A stretch of DNA of 44,978 bases from an uncultured Clostridia bacterium (GTDB taxonomy: Bacteria; Bacillota; Clostridia; UBA1381), in the NCBI GenBank assembly GCA_905236685.1, contig CAJOPD010000058.1, positions 1 to 44,978 of the forward strand, given 5' to 3'. Positions within the stretch are counted from its first letter, which is position 1. Every line of letters starts with the position of its first letter. A program made the translations under genes and the position numbers. Positions 1-8,560 of the stretch are shown here, piece by piece. The notes under the pieces are model-generated. The model searched no databases and had not been told where the DNA came from. It worked only from the letters and a program-made list of their open reading frames with translations.

Positions 1-128
1 ATTATATGAACCTCGGTATGATAATGGTTGTGATTGGGTGAAATTATATGCTGCGAACTATAAAACCCATCTTGAAAATATACACTTTTTATGCCTGAGC
101 CTATTATTATATCCATTTGCTTGAACAT
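1..128 (-). CDS. 5' end of an unidentified CDS running off the window edge (42 codons visible)
   Basis: ATG at 128-126 with GGAGG (140-136) 7 nt upstream. Reads MFKQMDIIIGSGIKSVYFQDGFYSSQHIISPNHNHYHTEVHI with no stop to position 1. It is below the ORF-track length cutoff and the product is not assignable. Confidence 0.3.
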   Translation of the reverse strand, partial: MFKQMDIIIGSGIKSVYFQDGFYSSQHIISPNHNHYHTEVHI

Positions 129-414
129 AACATTACCTCCAAAGACATTTCTGTTTTAAATTTGACTAAATGGTTAATTGTAGTATTAACCAATATGGTA
201 TATAGTACTATGTGTATACGATAACACAAAATCCGACAATAATCAAGCACATATTTGTGTTTTTGCCCGTAAAATCTATGTTATTATAAATGTATAAAAA
301 GATATATACAAAATAATAAAAGTGTGTTGTATAATATCATATGTCTTTTTTGTTAATATTTAAAAGGCGCAGTAATTAAGAAGAATTTATTACACTGACA
401 GGGGGGAATATACA

Positions 415-1515
415 ATGAAAATTATTGATATCGGGGAAGTGAAAACAATAATGTCAAACCCGATGAGCAAGCACAATTATTTTGCATGGCCGACAGTAAC
501 AAGATTACAAAACGGAAAAATTGCAGTTGCCGCATCTGGCTTTCGGATTGCGCACATTTGTCCTTTTGGGAAAACAGTTATATCATACAGCGAGAATGAG
601 GGAGAAAGCTATACCCTGCCGGCGCCTGTTATTGATACTGTGCTTGATGACCGTGATGGCGGAATATTGGCATATGGCGACAAAAATGTCATTGTTACAT
701 CCTTTAACAACACAAGAAAATTTCAAAGATGGGCAATTAAAAATTTTACAATTAAAGACTTTGAAAGTAGCGATATGCAGGAATATCGCTATGAATATTT
801 GAATACGGTTACCGATGAAGAAGAGGACCTATATTGCGGTTCAAATTTTAGAATAAGCACCGATTGCGGAGTAACCTTCGGAAAATTATTCAAAAGTCCT
901 GTTTCATCACCACACGGTCCCACCGTACTTAACGACGGAAGCGTTTTGTGGGTAGGCACTGCATATACGAAGGAAAATAGGATAGATGCATATAAAATCA
1001 ATACCGACGGTACTTGCGAATATGTGGGTACTGTTCCGGCAATTATCGAAAACGGCGAAAAAATGTTATGTTATGAGCCCTATGCCGTATGTCTTGAAAA
1101 TAATAAAATAATTTGCCACATAAGAGTTGAGGGAACATCTGAGGTCAAAAAATTTACCATTTATCAATCCGAATCGGAAGATGGCGGAAAAACATGGACT
1201 GTTCCTCATAAAATACTTTCGGATAAAGGCGGGGCTCCATCACATATTTTAAAACATTCAAGCGGCGTTTTAATTGCGACATACAGTTACCGCGAAGTTC
1301 CCTGCGGGATAAAGGCTATGTTCAGTTATGATATGGGGGAAACATGGGACATAGGTTATGATGTGTATATTGACGGCGTGAACTCGGATTTAGGTTATCC
1401 GTCAAGCGTGGAATTGAAGGACGGAAGTATTGCAACAGTATTTTATTCACATTCAAAGGAGGACAAAAAGCCTGCCGTTATAATGCAGCAAAAGTGGAGA
1501 TTTGAAGAAGACTAA
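415..1515 (+). CDS. BNR/Asp-box repeat protein, sialidase-fold beta-propeller (glycoside hydrolase-like), no signal peptide
   Basis: Four Asp-box-like motifs (YSENEGESYT, ISTDCGVTFG, SESEDGGKTWT, FSYDMGETWD). N-terminal GFRIAH resembles the sialidase (F/Y)RIP motif. GGGGGA RBS lies upstream of the ATG. There is no hydrophobic N-terminus. Confidence 0.75.
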   Translation: MKIIDIGEVKTIMSNPMSKHNYFAWPTVTRLQNGKIAVAASGFRIAHICPFGKTVISYSENEGESYTLPAPVIDTVLDDRDGGILAYGDKNVIVTSFNNTRKFQRWAIKNFTIKDFESSDMQEYRYEYLNTVTDEEEDLYCGSNFRISTDCGVTFGKLFKSPVSSPHGPTVLNDGSVLWVGTAYTKENRIDAYKINTDGTCEYVGTVPAIIENGEKMLCYEPYAVCLENNKIICHIRVEGTSEVKKFTIYQSESEDGGKTWTVPHKILSDKGGAPSHILKHSSGVLIATYSYREVPCGIKAMFSYDMGETWDIGYDVYIDGVNSDLGYPSSVELKDGSIATVFYSHSKEDKKPAVIMQQKWRFEED

Positions 1516-1609
1516 GGGCAAGAAAATGCAGAAAACTCATTTGTATGGCTCCCAGAGTAAGTAAATCCGGGTTTTGTTTTTTCTGAATACGGATAGCAAA
1601 AAATGTTTA

Positions 1610-1638
1610 TTGACTTTTTTACGCAAACACTGTATTAT
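1610..1638 (+). promoter_or_regulatory. putative sigma-A promoter (TTGACT-17-TATTAT)
   Basis: TTGACT at 1610-1615, a 17-nt spacer, then TATTAT at 1633-1638, about 30 nt upstream of the 1670 start. Confidence 0.35.
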
Positions 1639-1669
1639 ATATAAAGAATACTTCAAGGAGATTTACAAG

Positions 1670-2041
1670 ATGCAAAGCTTTGAGGAACTGAAACAGCAAA
1701 AGAACGATACTGACAATTTTTTGCTCCGTTTGGAAACAGTTTTGGGATATATATCCTCCGTTTCATTTTTGGCGCTCATCTTTGTTGCCTCGTATATTGA
1801 AATGCCCGTTTTTACGCGAATTATACTGATTGTTTTGGGGAGTGTTATTTTTACGGTAGGTATCTCAAATGCCATAAAAATTGAGCAAACCGTAGGATAC
1901 TATGAATGCGGAATATGCGGGCACAAATATGCCCCCACATATCGCAGTGTGCTTTTCGCAACGCATATAGGCAGAACGAGGTATTTAAAATGTCCGCATT
2001 GCGAAAAAAAGAGTTGGAATAAGAAGGTTTTGACAAAATAA
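1670..2041 (+). CDS. small membrane protein with C-terminal zinc ribbon (two TM helices, CxxC-N24-CxxC)
   Basis: Internal ATG at 1670 has AGGAG 8 nt upstream, so the 1574 start in the ORF track is unlikely. Hydrophobic segments are VSFLALIFVASYI and IILIVLGSVIFTVGI. The zinc-ribbon cysteines are CGICGHKY...CPHCEKK. Confidence 0.6.
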   Translation: MQSFEELKQQKNDTDNFLLRLETVLGYISSVSFLALIFVASYIEMPVFTRIILIVLGSVIFTVGISNAIKIEQTVGYYECGICGHKYAPTYRSVLFATHIGRTRYLKCPHCEKKSWNKKVLTK

Positions 2042-2044
2042 TTT

Positions 2045-2074
2045 AAAAGCGCCGCTATAATAGCTGCGCTTTTT
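2045..2074. terminator. bidirectional intrinsic terminator between convergent genes
   Basis: AAAAGCGCCGCTAT / ATAGCTGCGCTTTT inverted repeat (14 bp, 1 mismatch) flanked by an A-tract and a T-tract. It sits between the stops at 2041 (+) and 2075 (-). Confidence 0.6.
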
Positions 2075-3244
2075 CTATAATCCTATACTTTTTTTAAATT
2101 CAGCCAAGTTTTTGGCATAAGAAACAGATATTCCTTCAATGTTTCTCGTTAACCCTGAAATTTTTTTACGCTCAAAAAACAAAATCCTGTTTGCTCTTAA
2201 AACCCAGTAAAACGGCAGTAAAATCGGGTATTTTGATAGCCTTGGATAAATCATACACATATTTAAATACGGCAAAAAGGTGTATTTTGTCAGCTTTTTA
2301 ATGACGCCGACTTTTTTGCTTGTATTCTCCTCCATATCCTCTGCCATTTCGGCTGCAAACGCCTGCTCTGCTTTGCCGAAAATGCCGCTTTCAAATATGT
2401 ATCTTGCCAAATTTTTTGTCTTTATATCGGCATCTTTTCCGTTAAACCAGTAATCTACAAGCTTTGCTACTTCCTTCTCAAAAATGTCCAGTCCGCAGTA
2501 TTTTAGTCTTTGGCTGAGTATTTTTCTGTCTAAAACCGTCCCGAATTTGTTTAGATAAACCCATATATCCAAAACCATTCTTATCCCGCAGCCCGAATAT
2601 TTCATATGCTTTGCCATATGCCCTATCATATGAAGATAAAAGTCCTCGGGCGACATAACATACTCATATGAGCCTTCTTTTTTCGGTACAATTCTTTCAA
2701 TTATTTCCTGACATTTTTCGTCCCAGGGGCATTTATTTGAAATCAGCTTTCTGTGAATTTCTATATGCACAAATTTGCCAAGACTGTATGCGTCGTCTTG
2801 CAGACGGTGGTCAAACCGCTCCACCGTAAAACCAAGTCCTGCCATAATATCACGGACTTTTTCGGTGTTCTCGTCATCAACAAATATATCCAAATCGCCT
2901 GATGAACGCATATACGGCTCAGGATACAGCGTTTTTAAATATGCACCCTTCATACAAACAAATCTGACCTTTTGCGCCTCAAAGCTTTCCTTGATTTTTT
3001 CAAGGTAATACTGCTGATTTGTCCCTTGTGCAAGCCAAAAATTAAAATCCTTATAAAGCTCGGCACTTTCAATGCCCTTTTCCTTAAAGACGGGATATAA
3101 AAGGCTTGAAAGCTTGTGCATTTTAATTATATCCGTCAGAATATCAAAGTCGATTTCATCGGATATTTCCGTAATATTTTTACCTAAAACCGCATCTTTA
3201 ACAATGCCAATAAGGCATTTTTCATAAAGCTCATAATCTAACAT
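2075..3244 (-). CDS. nucleotidyltransferase family protein (uncharacterised NTP_transf_5-type, from memory PF14907)
   Basis: SSGDLDIFVDDEN matches the GS-x-D-x-D nucleotidyltransferase motif. The ~390-aa length and overall layout are typical of this uncharacterised family. Confidence 0.7.
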   Translation of the reverse strand: MLDYELYEKCLIGIVKDAVLGKNITEISDEIDFDILTDIIKMHKLSSLLYPVFKEKGIESAELYKDFNFWLAQGTNQQYYLEKIKESFEAQKVRFVCMKGAYLKTLYPEPYMRSSGDLDIFVDDENTEKVRDIMAGLGFTVERFDHRLQDDAYSLGKFVHIEIHRKLISNKCPWDEKCQEIIERIVPKKEGSYEYVMSPEDFYLHMIGHMAKHMKYSGCGIRMVLDIWVYLNKFGTVLDRKILSQRLKYCGLDIFEKEVAKLVDYWFNGKDADIKTKNLARYIFESGIFGKAEQAFAAEMAEDMEENTSKKVGVIKKLTKYTFLPYLNMCMIYPRLSKYPILLPFYWVLRANRILFFERKKISGLTRNIEGISVSYAKNLAEFKKSIGL

Positions 3245-3294
3245 ATGCCCATACTCCGTGCGGGGCGCTTAAAAGGTTTTTAAAGGAATTCTTT

Positions 3295-3903
3295 TCACTT
3301 TTCAAGCCTATGGACAGGAACACCGACATATGTCCCCGGTTCTTTAATATCCCTGTTTACAGCTCCGCCTGCTCCCACTATAACCTTTTCGCAAATATTG
3401 ATTTCACTTACTACCGATGTTCCTATGCCTATATGCGACAATTCGCCTATGCTTACTATTCCGCCAATAGCTACACGAGGCGATAAATGCACAAAATCTG
3501 CAACCTTGCAGTCGTGCTCCACAACCGCTCCGGAATTTATTATACAATGCTCCCCTATTTCTGACATTGAGTTAACAGTAACATTCGGCATAACACAAGT
3601 CCCCGCACCGACAGATGCCGTCCGTGATATAACCGCCGACGGATGAATGGCTGTATAGTAGTTTAAATGCGGGTATGTTTTTGCAATTCTTCTGCGTATT
3701 TCATTGTTTCCTATGCCAATTATAAACAGACTGTCTTTATAATTTTCTATTTCCGACATACTACCAAGGTACTTAAATCCGTTAATTTTTACATCTGCAC
3801 GGTCGTCAATAAAACCTGCAACCTCATCACCGCAAGCCAAAATAATGTCACTTATTACTCTGCCGTGACCTCCCGCCCCGATAATAATGACCTTCTTGTC
3901 CAT
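3295..3903 (-). CDS. sugar O-acyltransferase, NeuD/PglD-like (left-handed beta-helix hexapeptide transferase)
   Basis: N-terminal Rossmann-like KKVIIIGAGGHGRVISDII, and C-terminal hexapeptide repeats (IGEHCIINSGAVVEHDCKVADFVHLSPRVAIGG...). Length is about 200 aa. Confidence 0.8.
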   Translation of the reverse strand: MDKKVIIIGAGGHGRVISDIILACGDEVAGFIDDRADVKINGFKYLGSMSEIENYKDSLFIIGIGNNEIRRRIAKTYPHLNYYTAIHPSAVISRTASVGAGTCVMPNVTVNSMSEIGEHCIINSGAVVEHDCKVADFVHLSPRVAIGGIVSIGELSHIGIGTSVVSEINICEKVIVGAGGAVNRDIKEPGTYVGVPVHRLEK

Positions 3904-4204
3904 ACCGATTAACCTTTTAGCTTAAAAAAGCCGCCTCTCTCCTGTTTTTTCACCGGTGAAGTTGTTACAATGTTGTCAGCCTGCTCTTAATTCGGCAATA
4001 CCTATTTTTTATTCTATATTTTTTTTGTTTTTTTGTCAATGCTTTTGTATAAAAATATGTCGTTATTATAGTGATTTTAAGAGGAAAATTTTTACAGTCT
4101 GATTGACTGCTTTGTAAAAATCGTGATATACTTTTATCAGGATAATATTAAAGATTGATGAGCATAATAATTACGCATAATTTATCAAAAATGAGGCGCT
4201 TGCT

Positions 4205-4450
4205 ATGAACACATTTGAAAAAATTTATGAGGTTGTAAAAGGTATCCCAAAAGGCAAAGTTGCAACCTATGGGCAAGTGGCAATTCTTACAGGAAATCCA
4301 CATTGGGCAAGGGTTGTGGGATACGCCCTTCATAATAATTCCGACCCGCCCACCATTCCTTGCCACAGGGTAGTAAATCGAGAAGGCATGGTCAATGTTA
4401 TAAATCACTTTTTGAGTATTTTTTGGGTGAAACTCCCGTCTTTTTTTTGA
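4205..4450 (+). pseudogene. MGMT-family (methylated-DNA-protein-cysteine methyltransferase DNA-binding domain) gene, apparently 3'-truncated
   Basis: KIYEVVKGIPKGKVATYGQVA...IPCHRVVNREG is the conserved HTH plus PCHRV core. After NREGMV the expected Gly-rich/LL-EG tail is replaced by unrelated sequence. The reading frame then runs 53 nt into the convergent araC-type gene. Confidence 0.5.
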
Positions 4451-5216
4451 AAATTTTTGAAAAATAGATTTGGTTTGGAAATCCAACCATTTCGGCTATT
4501 TCGGAAACTGTGTGGTTTTGAGATAACAGCAGTTCCTTTGCTTTGGAAATTCTGATTTCGTTTATATATTCAAGAGGGGATTTTCCTATGGCTTCTTTAA
4601 ACACATGCGCAAACCTGCCGGGACTCAGTTTACATTGACGGGCACAGGCTTCGACCGATAATTTTTGCATATAGTTATCGTACATAAATTGGCATACTGC
4701 ACTCATTTGTGATTTTTTGTTCAAATAGGCATGATTGTCCGAATAAAAAAATCGTCTGCCTGCTAATGACAGTATTTCTATTATATATCCGGCACACAGT
4801 TCTTCTGAAAAGGGTTGATTTAAATTTGAATCCATTTCCATTTTTTCAAATAATGACAGAATCGTTTTGCTCGTTCCGATGTTAATTATACGCTTATCTT
4901 TGAAACCAATGTCATTTAAAATTTTTTCACAGCCGACACCTGTAAAATGAATATAGCAGGATATAGGCAAATCAGATTTATAAAACTGATATTTATGCTT
5001 CTCGTTTGGCTTAAAAAGAATCATATTTCCTGTTTTTGCAACTATTTTTTCCCCTAACAGCTCCGTGTGACAAGCTCCCTGATAAATATATAAAATATGG
5101 TAATCGGCTCGTCCGTTGGGGCGTTCCGTATAATAGTCTTTATCCCACAGCTTCTGTATGCCGCAGTGATTAAGATGTATGTATTCGTTTGAAACAAATT
5201 CGGATGAATTATTCAT
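4398..5216 (-). CDS. AraC family transcriptional regulator (N-terminal cupin sensor, C-terminal dual HTH)
   Basis: C-terminal ...FKEAIGKSPLEYINEIRISKAKELLL...VSEIAEMVGFPNQIYFSKIFKKKTGVSPKKY is a classic AraC HTH. It is divergent from the nagB-like operon. Confidence 0.85.
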   Translation of the reverse strand: MNNSSEFVSNEYIHLNHCGIQKLWDKDYYTERPNGRADYHILYIYQGACHTELLGEKIVAKTGNMILFKPNEKHKYQFYKSDLPISCYIHFTGVGCEKILNDIGFKDKRIINIGTSKTILSLFEKMEMDSNLNQPFSEELCAGYIIEILSLAGRRFFYSDNHAYLNKKSQMSAVCQFMYDNYMQKLSVEACARQCKLSPGRFAHVFKEAIGKSPLEYINEIRISKAKELLLSQNHTVSEIAEMVGFPNQIYFSKIFKKKTGVSPKKYSKSDL

Positions 5217-5376
5217 ATTTCTTACCTCGTAATAGTGTTCGTTATTATTATAATATAATTACCTGAAAAAAACAAGTTAAATAGCAGAATAATGCAAAAA
5301 AACAGCATAATCCGATATATATTTTTTTCTTTTAAAGTGATAAAATGTACCAAAAGTTTGAATGGAGGTTTAAAAT

Positions 5377-6225
5377 ATGGATATTAATAGAATCCCGGCG
5401 AATGAATTGGGAAAACACAGCGGAATAAAACTTGAACGATGCGAAACAGAACATGACTTGTACTGGAAGGTTGCTATTGAAGTCCTTGAAACCATAGCAG
5501 AAAACAACAAAAAAGGAGAGCCTACTGTTATGGTTGTACCCTACGGCCCGATTGGACCGTATTCCAGATTGGTTTACCTTATAAATAAATATAATGTAAG
5601 CCTTAAAAACTGTGTATTTATAAATATGGATGAGTATATGGAAAACGAAAAAGAATGTATTTGTGTAGATAGTCCGCTATCATTCAAGGGCGGTATGAAC
5701 AGAATATTCTATAATCGAATTAAAGACGAATTAAATGTTTTGCCCGAGAACAGATTGTTTCCTGACCCCAATAACACAAATCAAGTGATGGAAATAATAG
5801 AGAAGTACGGAAAACTTGATATGGCGTGGGGCGGAATAGGCATAAACGGACATTTCGCATTCAATGAACCCCCTGAATCAGATGAAATTTGTTCAAAGGA
5901 AGATTTCCTGAACAGACCTACACGCGTTCTCAAGGTTTCAAGGGAAACTATAACGGTTAATTCGTATGTGAACTGCGGCGGTGATCTTGATGCAATTCCC
6001 AAATACTGTATAACGGTTGGGATGAAAGAAATGTTTATGGCAAAAAAAGTCAGAATGTGTATGCCGAGAGCATGGAATGCGGGTGCTCTCAGGAAGGTTC
6101 TTCATGGCAAAATTACTCCAAAGGTACCATGCTCTTTGTTCCAAAATCATCCGGACGCAAAATTATTTGCTGCTGATGTTGCTCTTAATCCGCCTATCCC
6201 TGAGATTAAAATATATAACGAATAA
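5377..6225 (+). CDS. glucosamine-6-phosphate deaminase/isomerase family protein (NagB-like, long form)
   Basis: NMDEY and GGIGINGHFAFNEPP motifs of the NagB/6-phosphogluconolactonase fold. GGAGG RBS is present. Confidence 0.8.
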   Translation: MDINRIPANELGKHSGIKLERCETEHDLYWKVAIEVLETIAENNKKGEPTVMVVPYGPIGPYSRLVYLINKYNVSLKNCVFINMDEYMENEKECICVDSPLSFKGGMNRIFYNRIKDELNVLPENRLFPDPNNTNQVMEIIEKYGKLDMAWGGIGINGHFAFNEPPESDEICSKEDFLNRPTRVLKVSRETITVNSYVNCGGDLDAIPKYCITVGMKEMFMAKKVRMCMPRAWNAGALRKVLHGKITPKVPCSLFQNHPDAKLFAADVALNPPIPEIKIYNE

Positions 6226-7406
6226 TGAATAATTTAAACATAATAAACGGAAATGTTGTTCTTGAGAACAGTGTGGAAAAAATCAATATAAAGATAATAA
6301 ACGGCAAGATAATTTTAGGCGATAACGCGAATGAAATATCTGAGGAAGCAGAAGTTATAGATGCGAAAGGTCTTTATGTATTGCCCGGATTTATTGATAT
6401 ACATATTCACGGCGGTGGCGGAAGCGATTTTATGGATCTGACGGAATACGCTTTTAAAAATATTATTTCGACGCACGCATATCACGGAACCACAGCGATA
6501 ATGCCCACCACCTTATCGGCGTCACCCGAGAGTATAGAAAGCTTCTTAAAATTGTATAAAATAATGAAGAATAAAGTGCTTGATGCCGATTTGTTGGGTG
6601 TGCATCTTGAAGGTCCTTTTTTGTCTCCTGATCAAACGGGGGCACAAAATAAGTCAATGCTGCTTTTGCCGACAGAAGACAATATAAGATTTCTGGAAAA
6701 ATACACGGATATAATAAAGCGTATTGATATAGCACCTGAACTTGAAGGTGCTATGAGTGCCGGAAAATTCTTTTCTGATAACGGCGCTGTCGTTTCAATA
6801 GGACATAGCGATGCATTGTTTGATGTCGTTGAAAAGTCGCTGAAATACGGGTTTTCACATGTGACACATTTGCACTGTGCTTCACCGTGGGCGCGGAAAA
6901 TTGATGAAAGGCTTCGTGCGGGCATACCTGAGGCAGCATATCTGTTTGATGATATGAGCTTTGAACTTATCGGTGACGGGTATCATATCGCTCCCCAGAC
7001 GATAGAAATGGCAGCAAGATTCAAACAGAACTGCAAAGTTTCTTTGGTTACAGATGCAATGCGGGCAGCAGGAACCGAGGTCAGCGAGAGTTACTTGGGG
7101 ACTGTTGCGCCTGAAAACAGAGTGATTATTGAGGGCGGAGTCGCAAAACTGCCTGACAGAAGTTGTTTTGCGGGGAGTATTGCAACTATGGACGATGTAT
7201 TCTTTAACGCATTAAAAAATACGAAATTGCCAATAACCAAGGTGTGTGAGCTTACTTCTACGGCAGCGGCGGTGCTGTTGGGTATTGATAAGGTTAAAGG
7301 AAGTATTGCATATGGGAAAGATGCAGATATTGTTATTGCGGATATTGAGAAAAATAAATTGAGATATGTTATATCAAATGGAAGGATAATAAGAAAAACT
7401 TTATGA
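6225..7406 (+). CDS. N-acetylglucosamine-6-phosphate deacetylase-like amidohydrolase (NagA family)
   Basis: DIHIHGGGG, HLEGPF, IGHSDA and TDAMRAAG motifs. Its start overlaps the upstream stop (TAATG). The segment THLHCASPW deviates from the usual THLFNAM. Confidence 0.8.
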   Translation: MNNLNIINGNVVLENSVEKINIKIINGKIILGDNANEISEEAEVIDAKGLYVLPGFIDIHIHGGGGSDFMDLTEYAFKNIISTHAYHGTTAIMPTTLSASPESIESFLKLYKIMKNKVLDADLLGVHLEGPFLSPDQTGAQNKSMLLLPTEDNIRFLEKYTDIIKRIDIAPELEGAMSAGKFFSDNGAVVSIGHSDALFDVVEKSLKYGFSHVTHLHCASPWARKIDERLRAGIPEAAYLFDDMSFELIGDGYHIAPQTIEMAARFKQNCKVSLVTDAMRAAGTEVSESYLGTVAPENRVIIEGGVAKLPDRSCFAGSIATMDDVFFNALKNTKLPITKVCELTSTAAAVLLGIDKVKGSIAYGKDADIVIADIEKNKLRYVISNGRIIRKTL

Positions 7407-7420
7407 TTTGAGGTGTAAAT

Positions 7421-8560
7421 ATGTTAAATATCGGAGTAATAGGATACGGCGGACGCATTAATCATGTCGTAAAGAAAATGATAGACACAGGCAAAGTGCA
7501 TTTAAGTGCTATAATGGACATCAATAACGCCGAGTCGAAAAGATTGTATTTAGACGAAGAAAAATATAATGATATCCGTTATTATGATGATGCGGAGGAA
7601 ATGCTTGAAAAAGAAAAACTTGACGGAATATGCATTGGTACAAGATGTTCGACTCACGCTGATTACGCTGTGTTGGCAGCTAAGTACAACATACCGATTT
7701 TCCTTGAAAAGCCTGTTGGTATATGTGAAGAGGATATCGAAAAGTTGAGAGGTATTCTTCATTTAAACGACAAGATTGTGGTATCTTTTCCGTTAAGAAT
7801 GTCAAGAATTGTGACCTATGTGAAAGAACTTCTGGACGCAGACAAAATAGGCAGGATTGTTCATGTGCAAGCTTATAACAATGTTCCCTACGGTCGCGGC
7901 TATTATCACAAATGGTATAGAGATGAAAGCATAACAGGAGGTCTGTTTCTTCAAAAGGCGACGCACGACCTTGATTATATTAACTACCTTATCGGTGATG
8001 ACAGACCCGTGAGAGTATGCGCAATGAAATCGAAGCAGATATACAAGGGAAATAAACCTGCGGGTTTGCTTTGTGAAAACTGTAATGAAACCGCAACCTG
8101 CCCGGAAAGCCCGCAGAATCTTGCGAAAAACGAAAACATATCAAATCTCGGAAAGTGGTGCTGTTTTGCAGAAGATGTTGGAAATGAGGATAGCGGCAGT
8201 GCTTTGATAGAGTACGAGAGCGGTATGCATGTTGCATATTCCCAGGATTTTATCGTTAGAAACGGTGCAGGTAAACGCGGGGCAAGACTTATAGGATATA
8301 AGGGAACCATTGAGTTTGATTGGTTCGATGAAAAAATAACTGTTTACAAGCATTTGGAAAATATTGTTGAAACATATAAGTTTCCCAATATGCAAAGTGA
8401 CCATTTCGGCGGCGATAATGAATTGGTTAGCAATTTTATCGGCGTGATGGAAGGAATGGAAAAATCGCGTGCAACCTTAAAAGAAGGAATACTCAGTGCA
8501 AATATGTGCTTGATGTGCAAGCGTTCTGCCGAGGAGAAGAGATTCAGAGAAATTCTCTAA
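7421..8560 (+). CDS. Gfo/Idh/MocA family NAD(P)-dependent oxidoreductase with Cys-rich insertion
   Basis: N-terminal Rossmann IGVIGYGGRINHV and the EKP motif (FLEKPVG). An insertion reads CENCNETATC...WCC. Third gene of the nagB-like operon. Confidence 0.85.
   Translation: MLNIGVIGYGGRINHVVKKMIDTGKVHLSAIMDINNAESKRLYLDEEKYNDIRYYDDAEEMLEKEKLDGICIGTRCSTHADYAVLAAKYNIPIFLEKPVGICEEDIEKLRGILHLNDKIVVSFPLRMSRIVTYVKELLDADKIGRIVHVQAYNNVPYGRGYYHKWYRDESITGGLFLQKATHDLDYINYLIGDDRPVRVCAMKSKQIYKGNKPAGLLCENCNETATCPESPQNLAKNENISNLGKWCCFAEDVGNEDSGSALIEYESGMHVAYSQDFIVRNGAGKRGARLIGYKGTIEFDWFDEKITVYKHLENIVETYKFPNMQSDHFGGDNELVSNFIGVMEGMEKSRATLKEGILSANMCLMCKRSAEEKRFREIL

Noticed and set aside
4148-4486. 112-aa minus-strand ORF spanning the MGMT-like gene
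   Set aside because: It is antisense to a region with clear MGMT-family motifs and overlaps the araC 3' end in another frame. It has no motif support.
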